DNA from: an uncultured Pseudomonadales bacterium
Lineage (GTDB): Bacteria > Patescibacteriota > Microgenomatia > UBA1400 > UBA1449
Reading direction: 5' to 3'
DNA: 64,000 nt
Assembly: GCA_964386355.1 (NCBI GenBank)
Contig: CAYLQQ010000001.1
Span: forward strand, 12,256-76,255
Numbering within the stretch: the stretch's first letter is position 1; the number at the start of each line of letters is the position of its first letter. The notes under the pieces were generated by a model that saw only the letters and a list, made by a program, of their open reading frames with translations, was not told where the DNA came from and did not search any database. The translations under genes were made by a program, and so were the position numbers. Positions 1 to 9,764 of the stretch are shown here, piece after piece.

Positions 1-1133
1 TAATAATCCTTTAGCATCTCCTAAAAGCAGCAGCGAGTCATTTGATCGGCGGGGATTATATCCACCTATACCATTCCTAAATCCCCATACGGAATACACA
101 TGTGCAAATCTAACACCTTCTACTTTTACTCGCAATCCGTCTACATACATAAAGTCTATATTTATTGGTGTAGTACCAGTAAGCTCAGCTGGTAGTATCT
201 CAACCCTTGGAGGCTCTGTTCCCTCAGTACCTGTTAGACTTTCCAATCCCCAGGATCTTAATTGGTGTGGTTCAAACCCAGCTTGATTAGGTTTTCTTAC
301 TAAATAACGGTTTGCAAATACCGTGTACCGATTGGGAACTCTTGAATTTTGTTGAGGTTCCATTCGACAGTATTCATAAGCTGAATTAGCTGGCAAAAAC
401 CACTGAGGTAGAACACTTAAAGCGTCAATCAGGGCTTTACCGGGCTCATGAACAGTTATTATAGTTTCATCTATAAATATAGATTGATCCCGTTTATATT
501 TTAGCTGAAAAAACTCAGGAGACTTTGGATCAACTGGATCTTTTACAAGACCAGCCTCTCCATACCAAGCCCCAACCTCTGGCACCCAAGATCGAAAGGT
601 GATACCTTTGGCCAATTTGCCAGCATATGTAGCAGTAGTAGCTATTTTTAATCCCCTTCCATGTGCCCCAAGTGTCTGATCCTCTTCTTTTGAATCATGT
701 TGTGTAAGGACTACATTACCTGGACGTAAACCTTCACCACGTCGAATATGGTTACATACCTCAACTTTGCTAATCTTTTTTAATCCCAAAACCCCTACAA
801 TCTTTGACCCCACCTTCTTCTGATCAGATAAAAAGTGGACATAACTAACTGGCTCTTCATTTCCTTCGTAATATACTTTGATTTCAGGTGGACCTTTTGA
901 CCAGTCATTAAAATCTAGCGCTCCTTGAAGTATCTCATACCAATATCCCGGCCATGGATTTCTTTCATTTGATACTGCTCTTACCATGTCTCTTACTTCA
1001 TTTTGTTCGCCCAGATAAGAAGTGTCTCTACTTTTAACATCACCTATTTCTAAATCGCATAGGGACTGTAAACCGTGAGGTTGTCTTAATGTGTCAGGTT
1101 TTGGTGTTGATCGGTCAACTTTAAACAGTCCCA
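1..1133 (-). CDS. hypothetical protein; start codon at 1131-1133, C-terminus runs off the window edge
   Basis: Manual reverse translation from ATG at 1133 gives more than 377 codons with no stop before position 1. It is not in the ORF track because it is truncated. No recognisable motif. Confidence 0.5.
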
Positions 1134-1219
1134 TAACTAGATATAATATAATGTAAGTTTGTACAATAGTATATAATTAGATGAGTTACTTATTTTTTAT
1201 ATAATTATTCATATTACCT

Positions 1220-1879
1220 ATGTCACACGTTGAAAAGAGCGCTCTCCATACTAAAAGGATAAGGGGTATTGATGAACCAAAAGAAAGTGAGCCAATTAGA
1301 ATTATCGCTGGAGCTGTTGAACGTGTTAGTTTCCAGGGACCCGAACGTCACCAGGGAAACGAGCAGTTGTTTGCTATGCTTGACCGAGCAAGAGAGCTTA
1401 CAAAATTAGGGGACCCTTTAACTTCCCAAGATGGTGAAGAAATGCCAACACAGGTACTTATCGTACCTGTAGAAACTCTCGATCCTCTAGCTACAAAAAG
1501 ACAGAAAGGCGCTATCAGAAGTCTAATCAGTAGAATACTATCTCCAAAAACTGCTACTCCCGTGAGCCATAAATGGCATGCACGTGATGCTGCGATGTGT
1601 TTTGCAACACGAGCACGGCATCCCAGCGCAGCATGGGAAGGTTCAATCAGTGGAATTGTAGTGATGTCTCAGGAATCAATTAATATTTTTTATAGAGAAT
1701 TAAATGGTAATCCAGTCCGTCTATTTGATCTCATACAAGAGGTAAATAGAGGACCAATCAATTGTACTGATGGTACCAGAGCAGAAGTTACTCCAGGAAA
1801 ATGTATAGCTATACTTCCAAATAAAGCTTATGGGGGGGGACTTGACCATGTAGCTAAGACTAAACCCTTTACTCAATAA
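1220..1879 (+). CDS. hypothetical protein (R/A/G-rich, unlike neighbouring K/N/I-rich proteins)
   Basis: 219-aa ORF with an AT-rich upstream region. No family motif recognised. Confidence 0.4.
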   Translation: MSHVEKSALHTKRIRGIDEPKESEPIRIIAGAVERVSFQGPERHQGNEQLFAMLDRARELTKLGDPLTSQDGEEMPTQVLIVPVETLDPLATKRQKGAIRSLISRILSPKTATPVSHKWHARDAAMCFATRARHPSAAWEGSISGIVVMSQESINIFYRELNGNPVRLFDLIQEVNRGPINCTDGTRAEVTPGKCIAILPNKAYGGGLDHVAKTKPFTQ

Positions 1880-2077
1880 ATTCATTAATATATGTGATAG
1901 TTTCATTTACCTATTTAATCTTGTGTTTTTTATTAAACAAATTCAGAGATCACTTAATCCCTCGACTGTATCGGTCAGAATACTAAATAAGGACGAATTA
2001 GATCATATCTATAAATTGATAGAATAATTGTAGTTTACATTAACAGACCGTTAGTGCTTATATTTATTCATATCTCA

Positions 2078-3256
2078 TCACAAATCCACCCGCTGTTCAC
2101 ATCGCTTACCACAAGCAAGTGAGGCAAAAAAACTGACCACCATCAAACCACCAGCCAGGATAAAGACATGAGCCATCGACCGTCCGATTACCACACCCGC
2201 AAGCAATGGCCCAATAATTTGGCCAAGTGAAGTATATCCTTGGCTAATACCCAAAATTCCCCCCTGATCCTCGGCTTTAGTATTTTGGGTTATCAAAGCA
2301 CTTAGGACCGGTAAAATCGCGGCTCCAAACACACCGCTTAATAGAACAATAATAATAAATGGGGTCACTGTGGAAACAAGCGAGATGAGCATGAGATTTA
2401 GTCCGGATAAAAGTAAAGAAACTTGCAAACTTCGTTTCATTCCCCCTAATACCTTAATGATCCACTTCACCCCTATTCCTTGCATGACAATACCTACTAA
2501 GCCTACCAAAGAAAATATTAAGCCAATTGTTCGAGCTGATAACTTTAGCACATCAACAGTAAAAGATTGGAAACCAAGTATCCAGGCGTTTTGACCTACT
2601 GAAACAATAAAGGTGATGATTAGCAGTAGTCCAACCGATGGACTGGTAAGGGCTGTGATAAGGTTGTGCGGTTTGACCAATGCCTTGCGTTCGATGTGTG
2701 TTTTATCAAGTGTTTCAGGTAAAAAGAAAAATCCAAACGCTGCACCAATAAATGCCAAAAAGGCCGAAAACCAGTACGGCGCTGTTAGACTTATACCACT
2801 CAATAAACCTCCAATTGCAGAGCCAATTAAAAACCCAAACCCAAATGCTGCTCCCAATATACCGAAATATTTGGCCCGCTCTTCCTGTTTGGTTGTATCA
2901 GTAATTACTGCTTGAGCAACGGAGTTATTACCTCCTGTCAGTCCATCCAATATACGTGCGACAAACAAAACCCAGGCTGATCCAGCCAGAGCAAACAGTA
3001 CCTGCGAAGCAGCCGTACCAAACAGACAAAAAACCAACAATGGCTTCCTCCCCCACCTATCAGACAGCCTGCCAATAATTGGCGTTGAGATAAACTGGGC
3101 AATAGAAAACGAGGCAAACAGAAATGATAATCCCTGGGCATTTATGCCAAAACGTGCTGCGTATGGGTAAAGCAATGGAATAATTACCCCATATGAAATG
3201 GCATTAATCAGCATGACTGCTGAAAGAAACATGAGGGTCTTATTTGCTTGCGGCAT
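2078..3256 (-). CDS. MFS-type transporter
   Basis: 392 aa with about 12 predicted hydrophobic helices. Has the MFS loop motif GRLSDRWGRKP between TM2 and TM3. Confidence 0.8.
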   Translation of the reverse strand: MPQANKTLMFLSAVMLINAISYGVIIPLLYPYAARFGINAQGLSFLFASFSIAQFISTPIIGRLSDRWGRKPLLVFCLFGTAASQVLFALAGSAWVLFVARILDGLTGGNNSVAQAVITDTTKQEERAKYFGILGAAFGFGFLIGSAIGGLLSGISLTAPYWFSAFLAFIGAAFGFFFLPETLDKTHIERKALVKPHNLITALTSPSVGLLLIITFIVSVGQNAWILGFQSFTVDVLKLSARTIGLIFSLVGLVGIVMQGIGVKWIIKVLGGMKRSLQVSLLLSGLNLMLISLVSTVTPFIIIVLLSGVFGAAILPVLSALITQNTKAEDQGGILGISQGYTSLGQIIGPLLAGVVIGRSMAHVFILAGGLMVVSFFASLACGKRCEQRVDL

Positions 3257-3405
3257 ATTTGGTTATAAATATGGGAATTTTGAAAAGACTAGTTAGTATA
3301 AATGGATAAATTTACTAGTGCAATGGTAAAACGGAAAGAATTTCGAACATGCTCTCTTATTCAGTTTTGATATTTTGTATTTGGTATTTGATTTTTGGAT
3401 TTCTA

Positions 3406-4914
3406 TTAGTGTGTGCCTTGCAGACCTTGCCCAGCTGAAGTGATTTGCCTAAGTGGTGAAGGGTCAATCTTATGTAGATCGCTAATCGAAGCAACTCCTC
3501 GAAAAACTAAACTTAAGATAACATCCTCAATTAAAAAAAGCATATTTTCGGCTATTGTTGGTTTGAAATGGGGTACATAGCTTTTGTATGCCTTTGTCGT
3601 TTCACCTTCCACAAAAGAAGGAATACCAAAACCAAGTACTTTTCCATCTTGATATTTAGTTCGAGCTGAAGCTTCACCTCCATACGGTTTGAACCAATTA
3701 CCTTTATCGTCTACCAAATACAGTAATCCACCGGGGGATTCGATTGTTCCGCCTCCTGCCATACGTGTCACCCCAATTCCACTCGCACCAAGAAGCAAGG
3801 TTACTCCAACTTGTTCGCTGGCTCCACCTTCCACAATTGCCGGAATACGTATCTCTCCTCTCATCTGCCATAGAAGCTCAGGCCAGTTAACGGTTGATCC
3901 CGACCTCACTGCTGTAATACACCTGCCTCCTCCGCCAATTCCAAGATAGAGTCCATCTGCACCAGCCTTTTGCAACTCTTTAGCTTGTGAAACCGATGCA
4001 ACTTGCCCTGCAAATATTTCTATATCCTTACCTAATTCTTTTCGCAAAGCTTTCACCGTGAGTACTGCTTCTTTACCCGGTTCGGGTGAGTACACACGGA
4101 ATGTGCGGATGCCAGTTTGGTAAAGAAGCTGAGCCCGTTTAATACTAGTGCCGTGATCAGGTTCTATAACCCCCACAATATTATGTTTCCACCTTTCAAG
4201 TAATATATCCTTGTCATCTCTGAAGTTTAATAGTGGTTCACTTTCCATCCAAGTAAATGCAGCCTTAGCTAAGTCTGCCTGACGTTTTGCGTCAGAAAAG
4301 AGACCATTACGCGGTAGACACACCAACGCATGGCACATCGCCATGGTTGCAAGAGCTGCAGTAGAACCAAAAATATCTGGCATAGCGCCACCAGCAAAAG
4401 GAATTCGACCATATTTTCCAAGTTTAATAAAAGGACCTGTCTCCAGAATTTTCCGTCTAGAGATCCGATCCCTGTCTGTTCCGACTACATTCATGCCCAG
4501 ATCATGTACAGAAAGAGATAAACCATCTCTCAATACTCGCTCCATCGTTTTATTTGATACTTTGGCTGGAGCAGAATATGGCTGCTTATCAACTTGGTAT
4601 AACTTTTCTAAACGTGAAGGATGATTAAAAAGCTCGAGAATGTACCAGCGAAACAAAAGCGTCTGCCAGAGATCTTCGTCGGTCAGTAATGTTTTGCCTA
4701 AAAACTGAAGGTAGTCAAATGGAGTCGTCAATAGTCCCTGTGAGGGATATATCTCTTTGGCTTCGCCTGTAATCTTGTACCATCGGTCAAAAAGTGTGTT
4801 TCTATTCTTTTCATACCCTCTCGTCAGCTTATGGATGTACTCTTCTCCCTTCTCGTTATTAAGAAGATTGTGGAAACTGATATGGCGATAGGCTTTGGGT
4901 TTATAGTACGGCAC
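3406..4914 (-). CDS. IMP dehydrogenase/GMP reductase-family TIM-barrel protein, no CBS domain, with a 170-aa N-terminal extension
   Basis: IPFAGGAMPDIFGSTAALATMA resembles the IMPDH barrel start. GIGGGGRCITAV resembles the catalytic Cys loop. IPAIVEGGASEQVGVTLLLGASGIGVTRMAGG and ESPGG resemble the IMPDH C-terminal phosphate-binding region. Confidence 0.6.
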   Translation of the reverse strand: MPYYKPKAYRHISFHNLLNNEKGEEYIHKLTRGYEKNRNTLFDRWYKITGEAKEIYPSQGLLTTPFDYLQFLGKTLLTDEDLWQTLLFRWYILELFNHPSRLEKLYQVDKQPYSAPAKVSNKTMERVLRDGLSLSVHDLGMNVVGTDRDRISRRKILETGPFIKLGKYGRIPFAGGAMPDIFGSTAALATMAMCHALVCLPRNGLFSDAKRQADLAKAAFTWMESEPLLNFRDDKDILLERWKHNIVGVIEPDHGTSIKRAQLLYQTGIRTFRVYSPEPGKEAVLTVKALRKELGKDIEIFAGQVASVSQAKELQKAGADGLYLGIGGGGRCITAVRSGSTVNWPELLWQMRGEIRIPAIVEGGASEQVGVTLLLGASGIGVTRMAGGGTIESPGGLLYLVDDKGNWFKPYGGEASARTKYQDGKVLGFGIPSFVEGETTKAYKSYVPHFKPTIAENMLFLIEDVILSLVFRGVASISDLHKIDPSPLRQITSAGQGLQGTH

Positions 4915-4988
4915 GCAAGCATGGTACTAAAAAATGGACGGGGATGTAAGGTGTAGGTGGTGTGTTGCTCAAGGTTAAAGTGAATTTA

Positions 4989-5771
4989 TTACTGAGCATG
5001 CACCATTTCATATAAACCTAATAATGGCTTGCTACATCCACCAACAAAAAGCTGACGAAACTCTTCCTTAGTAAGTTCAAAACTTTGGTAAGACGCATAC
5101 CTACGTTCAACTCCAGATCTCCTTTTATCAGACCGAGCTTTCGCTTTCTCGATTCTCTTGGCTTCTTTCTTGTATAGTTTATAAGCTCTATTTACAAAAT
5201 AGCCTACATAAGCTTCAGATGTAGGGAATCTTCTGATCAATTCTGCTCCCTGCATTCCATCACCAAATACTCTATTGATAACATTATAGCGCAATGTTTG
5301 AGAGAAAGGTAGGTCGTTACCATATATCTCAGCAGGAATTAAGTTAGGCATACGATATAAAGCAACACTTACTTGCTCTACTATCCCAGCAATATTTCGA
5401 TCCCGTATTTTTCTTTGAATTTCTTCTCTAGGCACACCTATTAATTCACCATACATATAAACAGGGTCTACCCCTGATAGCTCTAATGTACCTTCATCTT
5501 TTTGCGCTTCTAGTTCACCAATACGCTGTGCAGTTTTGGTTAATTCTCTACTCTGCTTCATAGCTCTCCGATACCTACCTGTAAATGGCAAAAGCGCAGA
5601 CATAGTAGTTCGTTGCATTGCTCTTAATATTCTCGTACGAGCAAGTCGGTGGGGTTCAATTAACTGACTAGTCTCCTTTATCAGCTCTTCATAAAAAGTT
5701 TCAATTTCATTTTCCGGAAAGTACACCTGATCACCTAGCATCTCTTTTAATGCAGGACCGGCTTGGTTCAT
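4989..5771 (-). CDS. hypothetical protein
   Basis: 260-aa ORF, R/K-rich. The ThyX RHRxxxS motif is absent and no family was recognised. Confidence 0.45.
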   Translation of the reverse strand: MNQAGPALKEMLGDQVYFPENEIETFYEELIKETSQLIEPHRLARTRILRAMQRTTMSALLPFTGRYRRAMKQSRELTKTAQRIGELEAQKDEGTLELSGVDPVYMYGELIGVPREEIQRKIRDRNIAGIVEQVSVALYRMPNLIPAEIYGNDLPFSQTLRYNVINRVFGDGMQGAELIRRFPTSEAYVGYFVNRAYKLYKKEAKRIEKAKARSDKRRSGVERRYASYQSFELTKEEFRQLFVGGCSKPLLGLYEMVHAQ

Positions 5772-6022
5772 CGCATTTCTTCCTCTATTTTTAATATATT
5801 TTAAGCGGAAATGAGCTCGGGCTACATATAATTAAGTATAGTTATGGAATAACGGTCGTAGTCAAAATGACCTAAGTTTATCTGATCATTAATACAATTA
5901 GGTTTAATGTTAAACCAAGTTCGTTACATATCTCACATCTATTTATAAATGCGCTAATTCATTTAATATCGCCAGATCAGATGCTTACTTATACCTTTTT
6001 GATATACATTTTACATATTTTA

Positions 6023-7534
6023 TTATGTAATTAAGATTTCCTCCTTCCCATCTTTTACCTCTATTTCCCTCTCTTTCAACTCTTCTCTAATCTCATCCGC
6101 TCCAGACCAGTTCTTTCCCCTTCTTGCTACTTCCCTTTGATCAATCAGATCAATAATATCTTGATTTAGTTCTTTTTGAGAAATAATTTTTACTCCTGTT
6201 TTAGTTCCGGTATATTCATACCTGTCACCTGTCACCTGTAAGCTATCAGCTATCCCTAACCCCAGCACCCTATCCCAATCCAACACCAAATTAACTTTAT
6301 CATTTTCAGATAGTTTTTCATCCTTGAGCATTTCCCAAATTAGAGCCAGAACCTCAGGCATCTGAAGGTCATTCGAGAGCGTGTCGATGAATTTTGTACT
6401 CCATACTTCATACTTCTTACTTCTTACTTCTTTTAAATTCTGAGGGGATCCTATCGCTTGCTTCAGGATGACGATCTTGTTAAGGAGATTATCTAAACTC
6501 CGCTTAGCATTCTCCAAACTCTCCCAAGTGAAATTGAGTGGCTGACGGTAGTGGCCAGTCAGATAAAAGTAGCGCAGGTGCTCAGGTTTGTAGCCCCGAT
6601 CCATAATATCCTTAAGTGTATAGGCATTCCCCAAAGACTTACCCATCCTTCCTCCATCAACCTGCAAAAACGCACCATGCATCCAGTATTTTACAAATGG
6701 TTTTTTACCCGTAGCGCACTCAGATTGGGCAATCTCATTAGGGTGATGTGTCGATTTGTGATCTTCACCACCTAGATGAATATCAAACTGATCCCCAAGA
6801 TATTTTTTAGACATTGCCGAGCACTCTATATGCCAGCCCGGAAAGCCAATGCCCCACGGACTCTCCCATTCCATTTGCCTTCGGGTATTTTCATCATCCT
6901 GTTTGGGATCAAAATCACGTCCGTTCGGATAGCTGAATTTCCAGAGTGCAAAATCACGGGAATCCTTCTTTCCAATATTTTCTTCAATTCTATTTTCGAT
7001 ATTATCTTTGTGAATATTTGACATAAGACCGTAGGAATTACCAGCCTTTTCATATGTCCCAACATTAAAATATAAACCATCAGATGTTTTGTAGGTAAAG
7101 CCCTTTGATTCAATTGCCTGAATCATTTCTATTTGCTCTTTTATATGATCAGTAGCTTTGCAAAATACTTTTGGCTCAATTAAATTAAGCAGTCTATACC
7201 CTTTTAAGAATTCTTCTGTATAAAATGATGCAATATCCCAAACTGTTCGATTCTCTTTCTTGGCCGCTTTTTCCAGTCTATCGTCACCTGAGCTGGCATC
7301 TCCCAAATTATCACCGGTTAAATGTCCAACATCTGTAATATTCATAACAAAATCAACTTCGTATCCTAAGTATCTAAGCGTTCGGATAAGCAAGTCTGAA
7401 AAAACAAATGTTCTCCAATTCCCTATGTGAGGGTAGAAATACACAGTCGGTCCGCACGTATATATACCGACCTTTTTATCATGAATGGGAACAAATTCTT
7501 CGATCTGGCGAGTAAGTGAGTTAAAGATTTTCAT
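6023..7534 (-). CDS. cysS: cysteinyl-tRNA synthetase
   Basis: Class I HIGH-like motif PHIGNWRT near the N-terminus and KMSKS-like RMGKSLGN. Overall CysRS layout at 503 aa. Confidence 0.9.
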   Translation of the reverse strand: MKIFNSLTRQIEEFVPIHDKKVGIYTCGPTVYFYPHIGNWRTFVFSDLLIRTLRYLGYEVDFVMNITDVGHLTGDNLGDASSGDDRLEKAAKKENRTVWDIASFYTEEFLKGYRLLNLIEPKVFCKATDHIKEQIEMIQAIESKGFTYKTSDGLYFNVGTYEKAGNSYGLMSNIHKDNIENRIEENIGKKDSRDFALWKFSYPNGRDFDPKQDDENTRRQMEWESPWGIGFPGWHIECSAMSKKYLGDQFDIHLGGEDHKSTHHPNEIAQSECATGKKPFVKYWMHGAFLQVDGGRMGKSLGNAYTLKDIMDRGYKPEHLRYFYLTGHYRQPLNFTWESLENAKRSLDNLLNKIVILKQAIGSPQNLKEVRSKKYEVWSTKFIDTLSNDLQMPEVLALIWEMLKDEKLSENDKVNLVLDWDRVLGLGIADSLQVTGDRYEYTGTKTGVKIISQKELNQDIIDLIDQREVARRGKNWSGADEIREELKEREIEVKDGKEEILIT

Positions 7535-7564
7535 ATGTTTATATTAACAGATTTTTTTAATTAC

Positions 7565-7586
7565 AAAAAACCTCCTTGTAGAGGTA
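7565..7586 (-). terminator. hairpin (ACCTC/GAGGT) plus T6 on the minus strand, 38 nt upstream of the cysS ATG
   Basis: Minus strand reads ACCTCTACAAGGAGGTTTTTTGTAATT. It shares the TTTTTTGTAA tail seen at other intrinsic terminators in this window. Confidence 0.4.
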
Positions 7587-7761
7587 ATTGAGTTGCTCAT
7601 AATTGATACTCACAAACAACAAAAATACCTCCGAAGAAACAGGGGTGAACAACAGGAAGACTTATTTAAGTATAATGAAATAATCATAGTGCAAATTTAA
7701 TCTAATACTAAACGAATGCAGTTTAGCCTACACATATATCGGAAGTGATAATCTTGGGAAA

Positions 7762-8241
7762 CTACCCCATCACTACCCCCTGCTCTCCTGACCTGGATTG
7801 CTGGGAACCCGGCATTCTGGCAGCCTCTTCTTCTTTTTTTCGCTCCTCTACCTTTTTTTGTTCTTTTTCCCACAGCTCCATTTTTTCTTCCTGGTCCCTG
7901 GCTACGTCTGTTCCCTGTTGCTGACCAATCTCATACTTCTTAATCTCCTGTTGTTTCTTAGCTCTGTATTCTTGTATATCCTGTTGGATTTTTTGGTAAT
8001 TCTGCTTTTTTAGTTTTTCATCCTGTTTCTTTTTCATCTCTAACTGCTCTGGTGTCATTTGGGGATCGGCTTTGCCGTAGAGCTGTTCGATCCAAGAACG
8101 ATGCTGCTGGGTATCATCCTGCTGTTGCTGTTGGTTCTGCTGACCTTGAGAGCTTTTAATTTGCTCGATAGCTTCTATACCCATCTCACGTGGTAAGTCA
8201 GATAAGGTTTCGAAGCTATCTTTAAGAAAGTCATCAAACAT
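7762..8241 (-). CDS. Q/E/K-rich low-complexity (coiled-coil-like) protein
   Basis: 159-aa ORF with strongly biased QQQ/EEK composition. The antisense F/L-rich ORF 7798..8013 is its shadow. Confidence 0.45.
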   Translation of the reverse strand: MFDDFLKDSFETLSDLPREMGIEAIEQIKSSQGQQNQQQQQDDTQQHRSWIEQLYGKADPQMTPEQLEMKKKQDEKLKKQNYQKIQQDIQEYRAKKQQEIKKYEIGQQQGTDVARDQEEKMELWEKEQKKVEERKKEEEAARMPGSQQSRSGEQGVVMG

Positions 8242-8306
8242 AAAATATATAATAACAAAGCATAGATCTAATAACTATAGCTAAGTCAGAGTGCTGATGT
8301 ATTACC

Positions 8307-9359
8307 TTACTTTTTTTTGACTACCAAAGATGCAAGTGCCTCTGACCGTATCTTTAGCAAGAAACGTGGACATAATAAGTTATGAATTAACTGACCTAAT
8401 CTCCGCCACCAAAAACGAAACAAGGCAATGGGTAAAAATAATGAGGCAACTAATACTGAAACCGGAAATGCCCATAAGGGTACCGTTCTCCACGTCTTGG
8501 CATACCCTACACATCCCATACTATTTCCTTTCAAGACAGGGCGAATACAAAGTGTATAGATATTATTACCCTCTCTAGTACTGTGATCACTAAAACAGTG
8601 GTCACCATACATTTTTGCATGACTGCCATAAGCATATGCAATTTGTCTAGATCTTTTTAGATCTGTTGCATTAGCAATATCGCAGCCTCCATCATTATTA
8701 TGGCCTGTATTGAGCCATAAATAAGCAGACATGATATGGCCGAGCAGCGTTTTTGATCCAAAAGTCCCAATCAAATAAAAAGGTATATCTTCCTGTTTCC
8801 TTTGATATTGTTGGTTAAACTTTCGCATATATTCAGTGTTGCTAAACTGAAAACAAGCTTGCTGCTTTTTATGACTCTTAAAATCTATAAGCAAGTTAAA
8901 AAATGAACTCATGCGCGAACCTGTATTGGGGGTGGCAACCAAAAAAACCGAATTTATTATATTTTTTTGTATCTTCTTTTGGCTTGCTTCAAACAAATCA
9001 CTGTCAATATATGCCCGAACTATGAGCCCGCCTAAACTAAACCCGACAAGTGTAATCTGCCGTTGGGGATACACTGTAACCAACGCTTCTATTTGATCAT
9101 TTAACCATGTAGCAAGTTGTTCAATACTAGGTGTCTCTACTTTTCCATTTTTATACTGCGCAAGGTATACCTCATACCCATCTGTCCGTAACCAATCTGG
9201 CAAATCATGAAATTGGCTTTTGAAGCCAGATGAGGTAATATGTATCAGCCTTGCCTCTTCGCAACAGTCCTTGCCTGTAATAACTGATGTAGTACGATGG
9301 CCGGGAACTAAGACAATAATGGGTTTTTCTTTGGTCATAAATCTCTTATTACTAACCAT
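8307..9359 (-). CDS. alpha/beta-hydrolase, lipase/esterase-like (PGAP1-like GxSxG)
   Basis: Nucleophile elbow VGFSLGGLI. The ORF track extends to 9449, but internal ATGs at 9359 or 9338 avoid overlap with the divergent acpS, so the start is uncertain. Confidence 0.6.
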   Translation of the reverse strand: MVSNKRFMTKEKPIIVLVPGHRTTSVITGKDCCEEARLIHITSSGFKSQFHDLPDWLRTDGYEVYLAQYKNGKVETPSIEQLATWLNDQIEALVTVYPQRQITLVGFSLGGLIVRAYIDSDLFEASQKKIQKNIINSVFLVATPNTGSRMSSFFNLLIDFKSHKKQQACFQFSNTEYMRKFNQQYQRKQEDIPFYLIGTFGSKTLLGHIMSAYLWLNTGHNNDGGCDIANATDLKRSRQIAYAYGSHAKMYGDHCFSDHSTREGNNIYTLCIRPVLKGNSMGCVGYAKTWRTVPLWAFPVSVLVASLFLPIALFRFWWRRLGQLIHNLLCPRFLLKIRSEALASLVVKKK

Positions 9360-9398
9360 AGTAAAAACTCTACCTAAAAAAAGCAACTGAAGGAATCT

Positions 9399-9764
9399 AT
9401 GCAAACTCGAATTGGAATAGACCTTGTGCATATCTCCCGCTTCCAGCATGAGATGAAACTAAATACTGAATATTTTTACCAGCATGTATTTAGCCAAGAA
9501 GAATTAAAAATACATACAAAAATAGAATCTCTGGCTGGAGCTTTTGCAGCAAAAGAGGCATGTATAAAAGCAAATCCTTCCTTTCAAGGTAAACTTAGCG
9601 ATCTGAAAATCTTAAAAACAAAAACCGGAAGACCCTACCTGGACAATCCTGCATTTTCACCTGATAATGGTTCTGTTGATATTTCAATCAGCCACGATGG
9701 TGAATATGCGATTGCAATTTGCCAGACAATTTCTCATGCAAACACTATACAGTCAACTTCATAG
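9399..9764 (+). CDS. acpS: holo-ACP synthase (4'-phosphopantetheinyl transferase, AcpS type)
   Basis: IGIDLVHISRF...ESLAGAFAAKEA...ISISHDGEYAIA matches the AcpS consensus layout. About 120 aa. Confidence 0.8.
   Translation: MQTRIGIDLVHISRFQHEMKLNTEYFYQHVFSQEELKIHTKIESLAGAFAAKEACIKANPSFQGKLSDLKILKTKTGRPYLDNPAFSPDNGSVDISISHDGEYAIAICQTISHANTIQSTS

Noticed and set aside
2370-2915. Plus-strand ORFs 2370..2594 and 2613..2915 inside the MFS transporter gene
   Set aside because: They lie entirely antisense to a well-supported membrane-protein gene. They are proline-rich mirror-frame products typical of shadow ORFs.
7535-7761. T-box riboswitch upstream of cysS
   Set aside because: The leader lacks the conserved T-box sequence (AANNNGGGTGGNACCGCG) and specifier-loop context. 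Only a short hairpin with a U-run was found.
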